Positions 49,424-59,798 of a DNA stretch of 64,000 nucleotides are shown here, one piece after another. Below the pieces are notes generated by a model, which ran no database searches, was not told the DNA's origin, and worked only from the letters and a program-made list of their open reading frames with translations. This DNA is from Synechococcus sp. GTDB lineage: Bacteria; Cyanobacteriota; Cyanobacteriia; PCC-6307; Cyanobiaceae. The DNA lies in assembly GCA_047285535.1 (NCBI GenBank), contig JBJBDC010000001.1, positions 2,560,136-2,624,135 on the forward strand. The letters run 5' to 3'. The first letter of the stretch is position 1; every line of letters begins with the position of its first letter. Position numbers and translations under genes: made by a program.

Positions 49424-51510
49424 ATCGCAGTGAGAGCGTCCATGGCAATGGCCGCAATAGCCTGATCACTGGCTTTTGGTAATTGAACATATTTACCTCC
49501 GGCAGCTTCGGCAAGATCTTTGCCCATGCCGCTACCGATGAATTTGCGTTCGGTGTCGATCACCAGCAGCTTGAGGCCGAGCATCCGATAGCGGCTGGCC
49601 ACATCCAACACTTCTTGTTTTAAGTCGGGCTTTTCCTCTCCCTCCAGCACGGGTTGTCCCAGAGAGGTGCTGAGGGGCACATTCCCTCGTCCGTCTGTAA
49701 TGGCGACCACAACGACCTGACCAAGATCGCCTGTGGCCAGGGCGTTGGCACCCACCCGGGCGGCTTGGGTCAGGCCATGGGCCAGTGGTGAGCCACCGCC
49801 GCAGGGCATCGACTCCAGGCGTCGCCGCGCGGCCGTAATCGAGCGGGTGGGGGGCAGCAGCACTTCAGCTTGATCACCGCGGAAAGGGATGAGTGCCACC
49901 TCGTCGCGGTTTTCGTAGGCCTCGGTGAGGAGTCGGATCACGGCCCCTTTGGCGCTCTGCATGCGGTTCAGAGCCATCGAACCACTGGCATCCACCAGAA
50001 AGATCACCAGGGCACCAGCCTGGCGTTGCAGCAGCTTGGCCCGCAGGTCGGACTCTTCAACAATGACGACGCGGTCAGGCTGCCGTGCTCGGCGAGCCTT
50101 TTGGTAAGGAGCTGCCGCTCGCAAGGTGGCATCGACTGCGATGCGGCGCACCGGGCCGCGAGGCAGCATTGGTTTCACATACCGGCCGCGGCTGTCACTG
50201 AGGACAACGGAGCGGCTGCCGCTGTTGCCACTTTTGCTCTTGGCAGCATTGAACAGCAGTAGATCGGGATCAATCGCTACGGACTCTGGATCGAGCATGA
50301 ATTCTTCTGGCACAGAAGGTGGTGTCTGCTGCTCAGGGGAATTGTCGTCATCGTCGTTGTTCTCTTCCTCCTCCTGCTCTTCGCCCTCCTGTTCATCGTC
50401 TTCCCCTGAGCCCTCAGGCGGAGGTGGTGGCTGTTGGTCTTGTTGGTCCTGGGGTGGGGGCGGTTCCATCTGTTGTTCAGGTGGGGGCACTTGCGACGCG
50501 CGTGGGGCGATCACCAACGCAACGGCCACTTGCAAGTCTTCAGCTTCCACCTGATCGCGCCCGCTGAGGGCCGCATGGGCTTTGGCGGCACGCACGGCAT
50601 AGAGCTCGGAGCGATGCCCTTCCACGCCACCGCGAATCGCCTCGGTCACCAGATATTCGATCTGTTCGCTACTGATCTGGACATCCGGAAGCCATTGCCG
50701 CGCCAGGAGCAGTTGGGTGGCGAGCGCGTCGGTTTCTTCGCTCCACTTGTCTGAGAAGCTCTGGCTGCAATGGCCGTGGGCCAGCACCGAGTTGGTGATC
50801 TCCACCCGTTGCTCAGTGCTAACGATTTGATTGGCGGACAAGACGATCGCAAAGCGATCGAGTAGGTGATCTCGGATGGCCCCTTCTTCGGGGTTGTACG
50901 TGGCAATAAGCAGTGGCCGACAGGGGTGGTTCAGGCTGAGCCCCTCCCGTTCCACCTGGTTCTCGCCGCTGCCAACGGCGGCAAGTAAAAGATTGATGAT
51001 CCCGTCGTCCAGCAGATTCAGCTCATCCACATAGAGCACGCCACGGTGTGCTTCCGCCAGCAATCCTGGCTGGAAGACGGGTGAACCACTGGCCAAGGAG
51101 GCGGTGACATCAACGGAACCCACCAAGCGATCTTCCGTAACGCCGAGGGGAATCTGGATGAATGGGGCTGGAATCACTGATGTGGGTGGATCTTCCGGCC
51201 GTTCGCCCCAATCCTGTGGATTCTTTGGATCGAGGTTGCGTCCCGGCAGCTTCGTTTCTCCAGCTGCATCAAGATCAACGATGTCGATGGGAGGAAGCAG
51301 GGCATGCAAGCCTCGCGCCAGCACCGATTTTCCCGTGCCACGGCCGCCAGCAATGATCACGCCGCCTAAGCCCGGATCCACCGCTGCCAGCAGTAGAGCT
51401 AACTTGAGTGTGCCGTGACCAGTAATGGCGGCCAGCGGGAACGCCCGGCTGGCCTGATCCAGAGCCGTTGTGCCGATGACCCCGTTTGATGTCATCCCGC
51501 TTGCAACCAT
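49420..51510 (-). CDS. chlD: Magnesium chelatase subunit D
   Basis: [24 protein letters not shown], Pro/acidic linker, vWA domain [17 protein letters not shown]. Confidence 0.96.
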   Translation of the reverse strand: MVASGMTSNGVIGTTALDQASRAFPLAAITGHGTLKLALLLAAVDPGLGGVIIAGGRGTGKSVLARGLHALLPPIDIVDLDAAGETKLPGRNLDPKNPQDWGERPEDPPTSVIPAPFIQIPLGVTEDRLVGSVDVTASLASGSPVFQPGLLAEAHRGVLYVDELNLLDDGIINLLLAAVGSGENQVEREGLSLNHPCRPLLIATYNPEEGAIRDHLLDRFAIVLSANQIVSTEQRVEITNSVLAHGHCSQSFSDKWSEETDALATQLLLARQWLPDVQISSEQIEYLVTEAIRGGVEGHRSELYAVRAAKAHAALSGRDQVEAEDLQVAVALVIAPRASQVPPPEQQMEPPPPQDQQDQQPPPPPEGSGEDDEQEGEEQEEEENNDDDDNSPEQQTPPSVPEEFMLDPESVAIDPDLLLFNAAKSKSGNSGSRSVVLSDSRGRYVKPMLPRGPVRRIAVDATLRAAAPYQKARRARQPDRVVIVEESDLRAKLLQRQAGALVIFLVDASGSMALNRMQSAKGAVIRLLTEAYENRDEVALIPFRGDQAEVLLPPTRSITAARRRLESMPCGGGSPLAHGLTQAARVGANALATGDLGQVVVVAITDGRGNVPLSTSLGQPVLEGEEKPDLKQEVLDVASRYRMLGLKLLVIDTERKFIGSGMGKDLAEAAGGKYVQLPKASDQAIAAIAMDALTAI

Positions 51511-51512
51511 GG

Positions 51513-52079
51513 ATGCGCCTTGACTCCATCTTGAGCAACAGTCTCGCTGATCAGACCCACAGCCTTGCTGTGGCCCTGGGCGCCAATCAGTCCGGCCCTG
51601 CTGGCTCGCCGCTGCAGACTCTCACGGCAGTAAGGCCTTTGCTGGAGGCTGTGATGGGCAGCTGGGCTCAGTCCATGGAAGGGAACAGCCCAGGCACAAC
51701 GGCTCTGACCTGCGCCTCTTCAGCACTGACGTTTTCTTGGTCTCCGTTGCAGCAAACCGCACCTGTGGGTGGACCGATCGATCAGCCGTCGTATCTCAAT
51801 GCAGTTCTGCTGGTGAAGGGCCTGGAGCTGAAGCCTGCGTCAATCGCTGCGTTGTGCTTGTTGGATGCACTCCAACAGGTGGAGCGATCCTTCGGGCGCA
51901 ACCGTGCTCAGGAGGAACGCTGGGGACCGCGGTCACTCGACCTTGATCTCTTGTTTTGGGGGGAGTTGCGTTTGGATCATCCGCGTTTGACGCTGCCGCA
52001 CCCCCGCTTGCATTTGCGCTGTTTTGTGATGGAGCCATTGCTCGCGGCCATGCAGGTTTCAACGCCCTGGCTGAGCTGA
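51513..52079 (+). CDS. folK: 2-amino-4-hydroxy-6-hydroxymethyldihydropteridine diphosphokinase
   Basis: [45 protein letters not shown]. Start uncertain. Confidence 0.9.
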   Translation: MRLDSILSNSLADQTHSLAVALGANQSGPAGSPLQTLTAVRPLLEAVMGSWAQSMEGNSPGTTALTCASSALTFSWSPLQQTAPVGGPIDQPSYLNAVLLVKGLELKPASIAALCLLDALQQVERSFGRNRAQEERWGPRSLDLDLLFWGELRLDHPRLTLPHPRLHLRCFVMEPLLAAMQVSTPWLS

Positions 52080-52146
52080 AAGATCTGCTGACGCACGGCT
52101 GTGAGACTGAACTCGCCATGCTGGTTTGACAGCTTGCTCGATTTAC

Positions 52147-52707
52147 ATGGCCCCGCTTCCCGCGCCTGAGCCCTCCAAGTTGTTGGAGACCCTCGAGATC
52201 ATGGATGCGCGCAAGATTCGTTTCGAGCGCAACCGCATCCTGTTGCCCATGGGGGTGGAGGGAACGTTTGGGATCATTCGCCACCCAGGCGCCTCACTGG
52301 CAGTTCCCATCACGTCTGACGGCCAGGTTGTGATTTTGCGTCAATATCGTTTTGCGGTGCAGGCACGTCTTCTTGAGTTCCCTGCGGGCACCCTCGAAGA
52401 GGGTGAAGATCCCCTGGCATCAATGCAACGAGAGCTTGGGGAAGAAGCTGGATACAGCGCTGCCCGTTGGGATGCGCTTGGCCCGATGTTGCCTTGTCCT
52501 GGATACTCCGACGAGGTGATTCATTGCTTTTTGGCGCGGGACCTCACGCGTTTGGAGCATCCACCCACTGGCGATGACGATGAGGATCTTGAGGTGATCT
52601 TGATGAGTCCGTCGGAATTGGATGCCCATCTGGCATCCGGCGATGAATGGCTGGATGGCAAGAGCGTCACCGCCTGGTTCCGTGCCAAGCAACTGTTGGG
52701 TCTCTGA
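52147..52707 (+). CDS. NUDIX hydrolase (ADP-ribose pyrophosphatase-like)
   Basis: QYRF, LEFPAGTLEEGE....MQRELGEEAGY Nudix box. Confidence 0.92.
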   Translation: MAPLPAPEPSKLLETLEIMDARKIRFERNRILLPMGVEGTFGIIRHPGASLAVPITSDGQVVILRQYRFAVQARLLEFPAGTLEEGEDPLASMQRELGEEAGYSAARWDALGPMLPCPGYSDEVIHCFLARDLTRLEHPPTGDDDEDLEVILMSPSELDAHLASGDEWLDGKSVTAWFRAKQLLGL

Positions 52708-54185
52708 TGACGGCGTCTCGTGTTTTGTTTTGGCATCGCCGCGACCTGCGCTTGGCAGACAACCTCGGTTTGCAGGCGGCCGAGGCGATCAGCCCTGCGG
52801 TAACGGGCGTGTATGTTCTGGATCCAGCGCTGATCCACCCACCTGAGTCGTTGCCACCGATGGCTCCAGCTCGACTTTGGTTCCTGGTGGAAAGTCTGCG
52901 CGAGCTTCAGCGGCGCTGGCGTGATGTGGGGAGTCGTTTGCTGGTGGTGGCCGGCGATCCGGTGCAGCTGCTGCCGCGTTTGGCGTCGTTACTGGAGGCG
53001 TCGGCGGTGGTCTGGAGCCGGGATGTGGAGCCCTATGCACGGGAACGCGACCGTCAGGTGGCCAAAGCACTGCAAGCGGATGGTCGCAAGGTGTTGGTGG
53101 ATTGGGATCAGCTGCTGCTGGCACCGGATTTGATCAAAACCGGTGGTGGTGATCCGTATCGCGTGTTTGGTCCTTTCCTGCGCAATTGGCGCGGGCAGGT
53201 GGAGCGCCGTGCGCCAAGCACGGTGGACGCTCCCAGGGCCTTGATCGATCTGGAGGCCGAAATGCTGGAAGCCGTTCGTGGTGGTGAGAGTGCGTTAGGC
53301 CGTTTGTGCACTGATGGGCAGCGGCAGCTGGAGCAGTTGCAGGTTGAGCACGGTTTTCGTGGCACAGATCTGTGCCCCAGTCGTCCAGGAGAGGTCGCGG
53401 CAGCTGAGCAGTTAGCCACTTTTGCTGAAGGGGCCTTGTTGGCCTATGAACCCGATCGCAATTTCCCGGGGATGCCAGGAACGTCTTATCTCAGTGCGGG
53501 ATTAAGTGTGGGTACGGTCAGTCCTCGACAGGCCTGGTGCGCTGCCCAAGGAGTCAAGGAGATCGCCCGTAGTGATGAGCAACGGCAGGCGATCACGGTG
53601 TGGGAACAGGAACTCTGCTGGCGTGAGTTTTACCAGCAGGCCTTGTTCCATTTCCCAGAACTGGCGGATGGTCCTTATCGCGAGCAGTGGCGGCGTTTCC
53701 CCTGGGAAAACAACAGCGACTGGTTTGATGCTTGGAGGGAAGGACAAACGGGGATGCCGATTATTGATGCGGCGATGCGACAGCTCAACCAAAGCGGCTG
53801 GATGCATAACCGTTGCCGCATGATCGTGGCCTCATTCCTTGTGAAGGATTTGATCTGTGATTGGCGTTGGGGCGAGCGCGCCTTCATGGAGTTGGAGGTG
53901 GATGGAGATTTGGCTGCCAACAATGGTGGCTGGCAATGGAGCGCCAGCAGTGGCATGGATCCAAAGCCTTTGCGGATTTTTAACCCGGCCACTCAGGCGT
54001 CGAAATTTGATGCCGAGGGTGAGTACATCCGTGAATGGGTTCCTGAATTGCGTCACGTGAACACCAAGGACTTGATCAGTGGTGAGATCGCTGCTTTAGA
54101 GCGCAGGGGCTATCCGCAGCAGCTGATTCATCACAAGGTGCAGCAGGCCAAGTTCAGGGCGCTTTACGCCACCATCCGCTCTTGA
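52707..54185 (+). CDS. phrA: CPD DNA photolyase
   Basis: WHRRDLRLADN, TSYLS, ELCWREFY, GQTGMPIIDAAMRQL..GWMHNRCRM, DGDLAANNGGWQW, RIFNP. Confidence 0.92.
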   Translation: MTASRVLFWHRRDLRLADNLGLQAAEAISPAVTGVYVLDPALIHPPESLPPMAPARLWFLVESLRELQRRWRDVGSRLLVVAGDPVQLLPRLASLLEASAVVWSRDVEPYARERDRQVAKALQADGRKVLVDWDQLLLAPDLIKTGGGDPYRVFGPFLRNWRGQVERRAPSTVDAPRALIDLEAEMLEAVRGGESALGRLCTDGQRQLEQLQVEHGFRGTDLCPSRPGEVAAAEQLATFAEGALLAYEPDRNFPGMPGTSYLSAGLSVGTVSPRQAWCAAQGVKEIARSDEQRQAITVWEQELCWREFYQQALFHFPELADGPYREQWRRFPWENNSDWFDAWREGQTGMPIIDAAMRQLNQSGWMHNRCRMIVASFLVKDLICDWRWGERAFMELEVDGDLAANNGGWQWSASSGMDPKPLRIFNPATQASKFDAEGEYIREWVPELRHVNTKDLISGEIAALERRGYPQQLIHHKVQQAKFRALYATIRS

Positions 54186-55378
54186 ATCTGAGCAACGAGT
54201 TGCTTGCGCAACACCATGATCACCCGTTCCTGTTGTTCAGGCGTTAATTCCGGAAAGATGGGCAGACTCAGCACCTCGCTACACAGTTGATCTGTGATCG
54301 GTAGGTTGCCCTCAGCGTGTGCTTGGCCTTCGTATGCCGGCTGGCGATGGATTGGGATGGGGTAATAAATGATCGTGTTAACACCTTGCTCTTGGAGGCT
54401 TTGCTTGAGCCAGTCACGGCAACGACTGGAGGGCAGGTCAAAGGGGCTCGCTGATTCGGAGCAGGTTTTTCCGCAGGAGGGCTGGTTGGCAGGGCAGAGA
54501 TTGACGCGCACCACAAACTGATTCCAGCCATGGCCAACGCTTGCATTCGTGGCGGCATCAGGGAGCTCAATGCCTGGGATGTCTTTGAGAGCTTCCAGAT
54601 AGCGCTTGGCGATTGCTGCTCGCTTCTCGACCCATCCGCTGAGGTATGGCAGCTTCACGTTGAGAACAGCGGCCTGAATGGAATCGAGGCGGCTGTTGTA
54701 GCCCAAGGCGGTGTGGAGGTAGCGGCGGGGCATGCCATGAACCGCCAGCTCACGCATGCGTTGGGCCAGATCATCGTCTTGGCAGGTGATGGCGCCGCCA
54801 TCACCTGCAGCTCCGAGATTTTTCGTGGGGAAAAAGCTGAAACAGCCCACATCGCCCCAACTGCCAACGGGTTTGGAGTCCCAGCTGGCCCCAGTCGCCT
54901 GCGCGCAGTCCTCCACCACCTTGAGCCCATGACGATGGGCGATGTCCATCACGCGGGCCATGTTCACCGGACGGCCGAACAGGTGAACGGGTAGCAGCGC
55001 CTTGGTGGCGGGTGTGATTGCGGCTTCAATCAGATCGAGGTCGATCAGATAGGTGACAGGGTCCACGTCCACGAACACGGGCGTCGCTCCCACAGCACTG
55101 ATCGCTTCGGCCGTTGCAAAGAAGCTGAAGGATGCGGTGATCACCTCATCGCCAGAGCCGATGCCAAGGCCTCGCAACGCCAGGACCAAGGCATCAGTAC
55201 CGCTGTTGCACCCCACGGCATGACGGCTGTTCACGCTTGCGGCAAACGCGTCCTCAAATTGTTGGATCTCGGCGCCACCGATGTATTGCCCACTGCGTAA
55301 CACCCGCAAGACGGCATCATCGAGCTCTGATCCGAGAACGGCGAGCTGATCTTTGAGGCTGAACGGAGGCACCTGCAT
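54164..55378 (-). CDS. DegT/DnrJ/EryC1/StrS aminotransferase
   Basis: CNSGTDAL, FFATAE, VHLFG, EDCAQA, SFFPTKNLG..GDGG, NSRLD, LSLPIFPEL. Confidence 0.92.
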   Translation of the reverse strand: MQVPPFSLKDQLAVLGSELDDAVLRVLRSGQYIGGAEIQQFEDAFAASVNSRHAVGCNSGTDALVLALRGLGIGSGDEVITASFSFFATAEAISAVGATPVFVDVDPVTYLIDLDLIEAAITPATKALLPVHLFGRPVNMARVMDIAHRHGLKVVEDCAQATGASWDSKPVGSWGDVGCFSFFPTKNLGAAGDGGAITCQDDDLAQRMRELAVHGMPRRYLHTALGYNSRLDSIQAAVLNVKLPYLSGWVEKRAAIAKRYLEALKDIPGIELPDAATNASVGHGWNQFVVRVNLCPANQPSCGKTCSESASPFDLPSSRCRDWLKQSLQEQGVNTIIYYPIPIHRQPAYEGQAHAEGNLPITDQLCSEVLSLPIFPELTPEQQERVIMVLRKQLVAQIQERMVA

Positions 55379-55388
55379 GGCGGGCACC

Positions 55389-56006
55389 TTAAGTCGACTG
55401 GCCAAACCATGGGGGTTCCTGACCCGGGTTCCACTTGATGTTGCAGCCCACGGAGGGCAGCTGCGTCTCGCTGACAGCGGCTCCGGTCAAGATATTTGTG
55501 AGAGCAGCCCGTAGATCAGCGCCGTCGAGAGGCTGGTCATTTCCTGGCCGACTCGCATCGAGTTGGCCTCGATAGCGCAGGGTTTGTATGCCATTGGCAT
55601 CGGGTGCAAAGGCATAGAACTCAGGGGTGCAGGCGCCACGCAGGTCTTTGGCCAGCGTTTGTTGTTCATCCAGTAGATAGGGGAAGCGCCAACCCTGCTG
55701 ATCGGCCTGTTGACGCAGCCCATCACGTCCGTCTTGAGGGTGGGTGGTAAGGCTATTGCTGGAGATGGCGAGCAGGGTGATCTGGTCTCTGAAATCCGCC
55801 TCCAAACGGGTGATCTCTGGCTCCACGTGTTTCACGAATGGACAGTGAGCACAAATCAGCATCACCAACAGAGGACGCCCTGGAAGATCACCGCTACTCA
55901 CCAGCTCATCCAGCGAGGACCAGGGCGCATGACCCGACACCATGGGTAGTGAAAATTGAGGCAGAGGATGCTGAAGTGACAGCATCGTGGATGGCGTCAG
56001 GACCAT
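55389..56006 (-). CDS. Thioredoxin/AhpC-TSA-family protein
   Basis: ICAHCPFV, FPYLLD, ACTPEF, YRGQLD.SRP, SVGCNIKW. Confidence 0.88.
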   Translation of the reverse strand: MVLTPSTMLSLQHPLPQFSLPMVSGHAPWSSLDELVSSGDLPGRPLLVMLICAHCPFVKHVEPEITRLEADFRDQITLLAISSNSLTTHPQDGRDGLRQQADQQGWRFPYLLDEQQTLAKDLRGACTPEFYAFAPDANGIQTLRYRGQLDASRPGNDQPLDGADLRAALTNILTGAAVSETQLPSVGCNIKWNPGQEPPWFGQST

Positions 56007-56077
56007 GGCATCGAGCGATGGTGAATCGTTTCATCCTGGGCCGATACAGAATTACCTGTCAAAGCAGGTTCGAGTTG

Positions 56078-56581
56078 ATGGTGCGGGTGTTGACAATGGT
56101 GGTCATGGCAGGACTGTTGAGCGCCTGTGCGCAGAAGAAATCAACCACCTGGAAAGTCTTTCCCTTGCAGCGAAATACGCCCCACGACGGACTCGCTGTC
56201 GTCAGTCAACCCGATGGCTATGGGGTTCATCTTTATTTGGAAACCGATACCAGCGATCCAGCTGTGTGTTCACCACGCTGGCTTCCAGATCCGGCGCGAT
56301 TGTTTAATGGCAACGGCAGTGCTCCCTTTAGTTCGGGATTGGCGCCCCGGGAAGAGTTCCTTGCTGCGGTGAATCGGAGAGATGTTCGCAACATCCTGAA
56401 GCAGGAGCTAGAAGCGCTGTGCAAGCTCCGAGCTCCTCAGGCGCGTTGGCAATGGCTGGAACCACCGTTGAAGGCATCAGAGCTGATGCCTGTGAGCCTT
56501 CCTGCCTGGGAATACCCAGACCTTCTTACCGATCCTGCTGAGGAAAAACAGCGCGAGGACCAGCTTCTCAAGGAGAACTAA
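56078..56581 (+). CDS. Putative lipoprotein of unknown function
   Basis: Hydrophobic signal with an LSAC lipobox after ATG 56078. Confidence 0.65.
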   Translation: MVRVLTMVVMAGLLSACAQKKSTTWKVFPLQRNTPHDGLAVVSQPDGYGVHLYLETDTSDPAVCSPRWLPDPARLFNGNGSAPFSSGLAPREEFLAAVNRRDVRNILKQELEALCKLRAPQARWQWLEPPLKASELMPVSLPAWEYPDLLTDPAEEKQREDQLLKEN

Positions 56582-57006
56582 AACCCCTCCCAGACCACAG
56601 GTTCCGCCTCTCGCCAGTAGCGGCTAAAGCGACCCAGTCGCGGTGGCTTGGGTAACTCCACAAAGGGATCCGGATCGAGCATGCATAGGGGAAGCTCCCG
56701 ATCAATGGCCGCAGCGATGCGTTGGAGGCGGGGATCCACCATGGTGCTGGTGACCACAGCGTCGGCTCCGTGGCGTTGGGCGAAACGCAGCACCTCATGC
56801 GGCACATCACCTCGGCGCAGGGTGAGCGGAAGGCTTAAGACGGATTCGTACAAAAAACCAATGCGTTTCCGGCTGATGGACTGATCTTGAATCCAGGCAT
56901 CGTCGAATACGAACAGACCTGGTGCGTTGGGGTAGTTCTGAAGAGCGGGGTTGGCTGGTCCGAGGGCTTCCTCATGGACCCAGAGAATTGGTTTGCGGGG
57001 GTCCAT
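56578..57006 (-). CDS. Stand-alone photolyase alpha/beta-domain-like protein
   Basis: ILWVHEEAL, LFVFD, KRIGFLYES, RFSRYW. TGATG-coupled to the upstream FAD-domain gene. Confidence 0.75.
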   Translation of the reverse strand: MDPRKPILWVHEEALGPANPALQNYPNAPGLFVFDDAWIQDQSISRKRIGFLYESVLSLPLTLRRGDVPHEVLRFAQRHGADAVVTSTMVDPRLQRIAAAIDRELPLCMLDPDPFVELPKPPRLGRFSRYWREAEPVVWEGF

Positions 57007-57959
57007 CAAAATCTCTGGGTCCTGGGGCGTGAGCTGAGGCGATGATTCGACTTTTGGCTCGAGCGGGAGACGGACCGGGTTGATCGACGTGCAGTCCCCT
57101 CACGAATGGCTGGCTGAACCTTGAACAGCTGTTGCTCCAACTGTTCGTAACTGCGATCAAAGGGGCAGGATGCGTTGCTGGGACAGTCCTGGCAATACCG
57201 CCCGTTGCTGTAGCGCTCCAGGTTTTGACGATTAAAGACATAGGGCTTGTGGCTGAAGCAGCTGGCGACCCACTGCCAGCTGAGATGGTTGCTGGCAGGG
57301 TCGCCATCCAGCAGGTGCTCGAGGAACCAGTCAGCTCCTGCACGCCAGTGCACCCGTCTCCAGTGCACCACGTAGGCCGCCATCCACATCCGCGCGTGGT
57401 TGTGCAGCCATCCGTGGGTGATTAATTCGTTCCTGAAACCGTCCATGCAGGCCAGTTGTGTGCGTCCCTCCCTGATGTCATCGGGAAGATTTTGCTGATA
57501 CTCAGCGGCTGTAAAGCCGGTTTTGTGATCTTCCTGATCTTGATGAATTCGATTGCCGAGATCGAGCCACATCCGCTGCCAGAAATCACGCCATCCCAGC
57601 TCGTTGATCAGTTTTCCGCCTTCAGCCCTTCCCTGGTTGGTCTGTTTCAGCTGTGAGAAGACGGCATCTCGCACTTCAGCAAGCGTGAGAATTCCGTGGC
57701 GGATGTAGGGCGATAAATGTGTGACGGAGCCGTTGAGGTGGTTGCGACTGCGGCCATAGCGCTTGGCATCCATCGCACTGAGCTGCCGTTCAGCAGCCGC
57801 TCGACCGCCTTCGATCGGACTGAGCTCCCCCGATGCTTTTGGAAACTCTTGCAATAACAGGGAATTTAGCGCCTTGCGCTCGGGAAAATCTCGGGGCAGA
57901 TCTTTGGATTCGCTCGGCCAACTGAGCGGCGCAGCATGCGTCAGCCTTGACACCGGCAC
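57006..57959 (-). CDS. Photolyase FAD-binding-domain protein
   Basis: GGRAAA, YGRSRN, THLSPYIRHG, ELGWRDFWQ, GWLHNHARMW, LLDGDPASNHLSWQWVAS. Confidence 0.88.
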   Translation of the reverse strand: MPVSRLTHAAPLSWPSESKDLPRDFPERKALNSLLLQEFPKASGELSPIEGGRAAAERQLSAMDAKRYGRSRNHLNGSVTHLSPYIRHGILTLAEVRDAVFSQLKQTNQGRAEGGKLINELGWRDFWQRMWLDLGNRIHQDQEDHKTGFTAAEYQQNLPDDIREGRTQLACMDGFRNELITHGWLHNHARMWMAAYVVHWRRVHWRAGADWFLEHLLDGDPASNHLSWQWVASCFSHKPYVFNRQNLERYSNGRYCQDCPSNASCPFDRSYEQLEQQLFKVQPAIREGTARRSTRSVSRSSQKSNHRLSSRPRTQRF

Positions 57960-58059
57960 TTTTCAAACAATGCCCCACCATGCTGTCGATGTGTCGTTGT
58001 CAGCGTGAGTGCCCCGGCATGGGAGAGAATCGCTCGGATTAACTCCTGGGTGCGGCCTG

Positions 58060-58842
58060 ATGCTTCTTGATCTCACTAGTAAGAAGATCCTTGTGACTGG
58101 CATCGCCAACAATCGCTCCATTGCCTGGGGCATCGCGCAACAGCTCAAGGCGGCTGGAGCCGAGCTCGGGATCACTTACCTTCCTGATGAGAAGGGCCGC
58201 TTTGAATCCAAGGTTCGTGAACTCACGGCTCCGTTAGAGCCTTCGTTGTTTCTGCCTCTGAATGTTCAGGATGCCGCTCAGATGGAGACGGTATTCGCTG
58301 AAATTGCAGACAAGTGGGGGCAGCTAGACGGCCTCGTTCACTGTTTGGCGTTTGCGGGAAAGGATGAATTAGTGGGCGATTTCAGCGCCACGACGGCGGA
58401 GGGTTTTGCACGTGCTTTAGAGATCAGCGCTTATTCCCTTGCACCTCTGTGCCGTCATGCCAAGCCTTTGTTCAGTGAGAATGCAGGTGTGGTGACCTTG
58501 ACCTACCTCGGAGCTGAGCGGGCGATTCCCAATTACAACGTGATGGGTGTGGCGAAGGCGGCTCTGGAAGCCTCCGTTCGGTACCTGTCTGCTGAGCTTG
58601 GACCCGAAAAGCAGGTGCGAGTGAACGCGATCAGTGCTGGTCCGATCCGCACGTTGGCTAGCTCAGCTATTGGAGGCATTCTCGACATGATTCACAATGT
58701 TGAAGAGAAGGCGCCGCTGCGTCGAACGGTGACTCAGAACGAAGTTGGAAACACTGCTGCTTTTCTTCTCAGTGATCTCTCCAGTGGGATATCTGGTCAA
58801 ACCATTTATGTCGATGCTGGCTACTGCATCAACGGGATGTGA
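58060..58842 (+). CDS. fabI: Enoyl-ACP reductase
   Basis: GIANNRSIAWGIA, ISAYSL, YNVMGVAKAALE, NAISAGPIRTLA. Confidence 0.96.
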   Translation: MLLDLTSKKILVTGIANNRSIAWGIAQQLKAAGAELGITYLPDEKGRFESKVRELTAPLEPSLFLPLNVQDAAQMETVFAEIADKWGQLDGLVHCLAFAGKDELVGDFSATTAEGFARALEISAYSLAPLCRHAKPLFSENAGVVTLTYLGAERAIPNYNVMGVAKAALEASVRYLSAELGPEKQVRVNAISAGPIRTLASSAIGGILDMIHNVEEKAPLRRTVTQNEVGNTAAFLLSDLSSGISGQTIYVDAGYCINGM

Positions 58843-59744
58843 TTCAACCGCGCGGATGTCTTGATTATTTCCAGCTCGCTTGGTGGTTGATTTCTCGCCA
58901 GAGGAGAAGTCTTTTACTTGCCACTCTTTTATGTGCTTTAAGTCTTCCCCTCAACGAAACGATCACCTCTGCCCTGCTGCCTGAAACCCTGGTTCAGGTT
59001 CTGGGTCTTCTACTCAGCCTTTTTCTTGGCTTCCGTTACAGCCAGGCCTATGACCGTTGGTGGGAAGCACGTGTGCTTTGGGGTGAATTGGTCAACCAGA
59101 GTCGCAACTGGCGTGACCTCCTGATCAGCATCTTGCCCCACCATCTACCGATATCAGTAAGGCATCGTCTTCTTCATCAAGTTGTTCTGCTTGTTTGGTG
59201 TCTGAATTCCCAGTTGCGATGCACCACCACCGATAGCGAACCCATCCTTCTTCCATTGCGCGTCCGTGATCTTGCCCTCAGTCTTGGGATTCCAGATCCA
59301 TCTGTGCAGGTGCTGCTCCAGCAGCTGGCGCGTGAGCAACTCAAGTTGCGTCATGGTGATTGGGTTGACAGCATCGAACGCCGCGAGCTTGGTCGGGTGC
59401 AACAGTCTCTTACCAATGCGATTGGCGGCCTGGAACGCATCCGTCACCAGCCTCTGCCTGCTTCCTCGACTTTTTTCATTCGTGTGCTGGCCTGGGTCTA
59501 TGGATATTTGGTTTTTCTCAAGCTGGATGCTCTTGGGTTCTCCAGCGGGATGGTTGTGGGTTGGCTTGTCTTTCTGATTTTTCTTATGGCTGAGCGGATT
59601 GGAACCTACCTTGACCAGCCGTTTATTGACGCTCGTTTTGCTTTGCCCATGGACCGACTTTGTTCCTTAATCAGCAGCGATCTTCTCGGTTCATCTCATC
59701 CATTAGCTCAAGTCGCATCTACCAATGGTCCCTGGCTGCGCTAG
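58839..59744 (+). CDS. Bestrophin-family anion channel
   Basis: LFLGFR..QAYDRWWEARVLWGELVNQSR, GLERI..PLP, E.I...LDQPF. Confidence 0.85.
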   Translation: MIQPRGCLDYFQLAWWLISRQRRSLLLATLLCALSLPLNETITSALLPETLVQVLGLLLSLFLGFRYSQAYDRWWEARVLWGELVNQSRNWRDLLISILPHHLPISVRHRLLHQVVLLVWCLNSQLRCTTTDSEPILLPLRVRDLALSLGIPDPSVQVLLQQLAREQLKLRHGDWVDSIERRELGRVQQSLTNAIGGLERIRHQPLPASSTFFIRVLAWVYGYLVFLKLDALGFSSGMVVGWLVFLIFLMAERIGTYLDQPFIDARFALPMDRLCSLISSDLLGSSHPLAQVASTNGPWLR

Positions 59745-59798
59745 CCGTTGTTCGCGATGATTGGATCAGTCACGGGGCGTCCAGCGGCGCCGGAATGA

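Noticed and set aside
50320..50490. Low-complexity Pro/Gln/Glu-coding stretch and long antisense ORFs
   Set aside because: This is the normal ChlD linker.
54164..54185. 22-nt convergent overlap of the photolyase and degT genes
   Set aside because: Short tail-to-tail overlaps are common in compact genomes.
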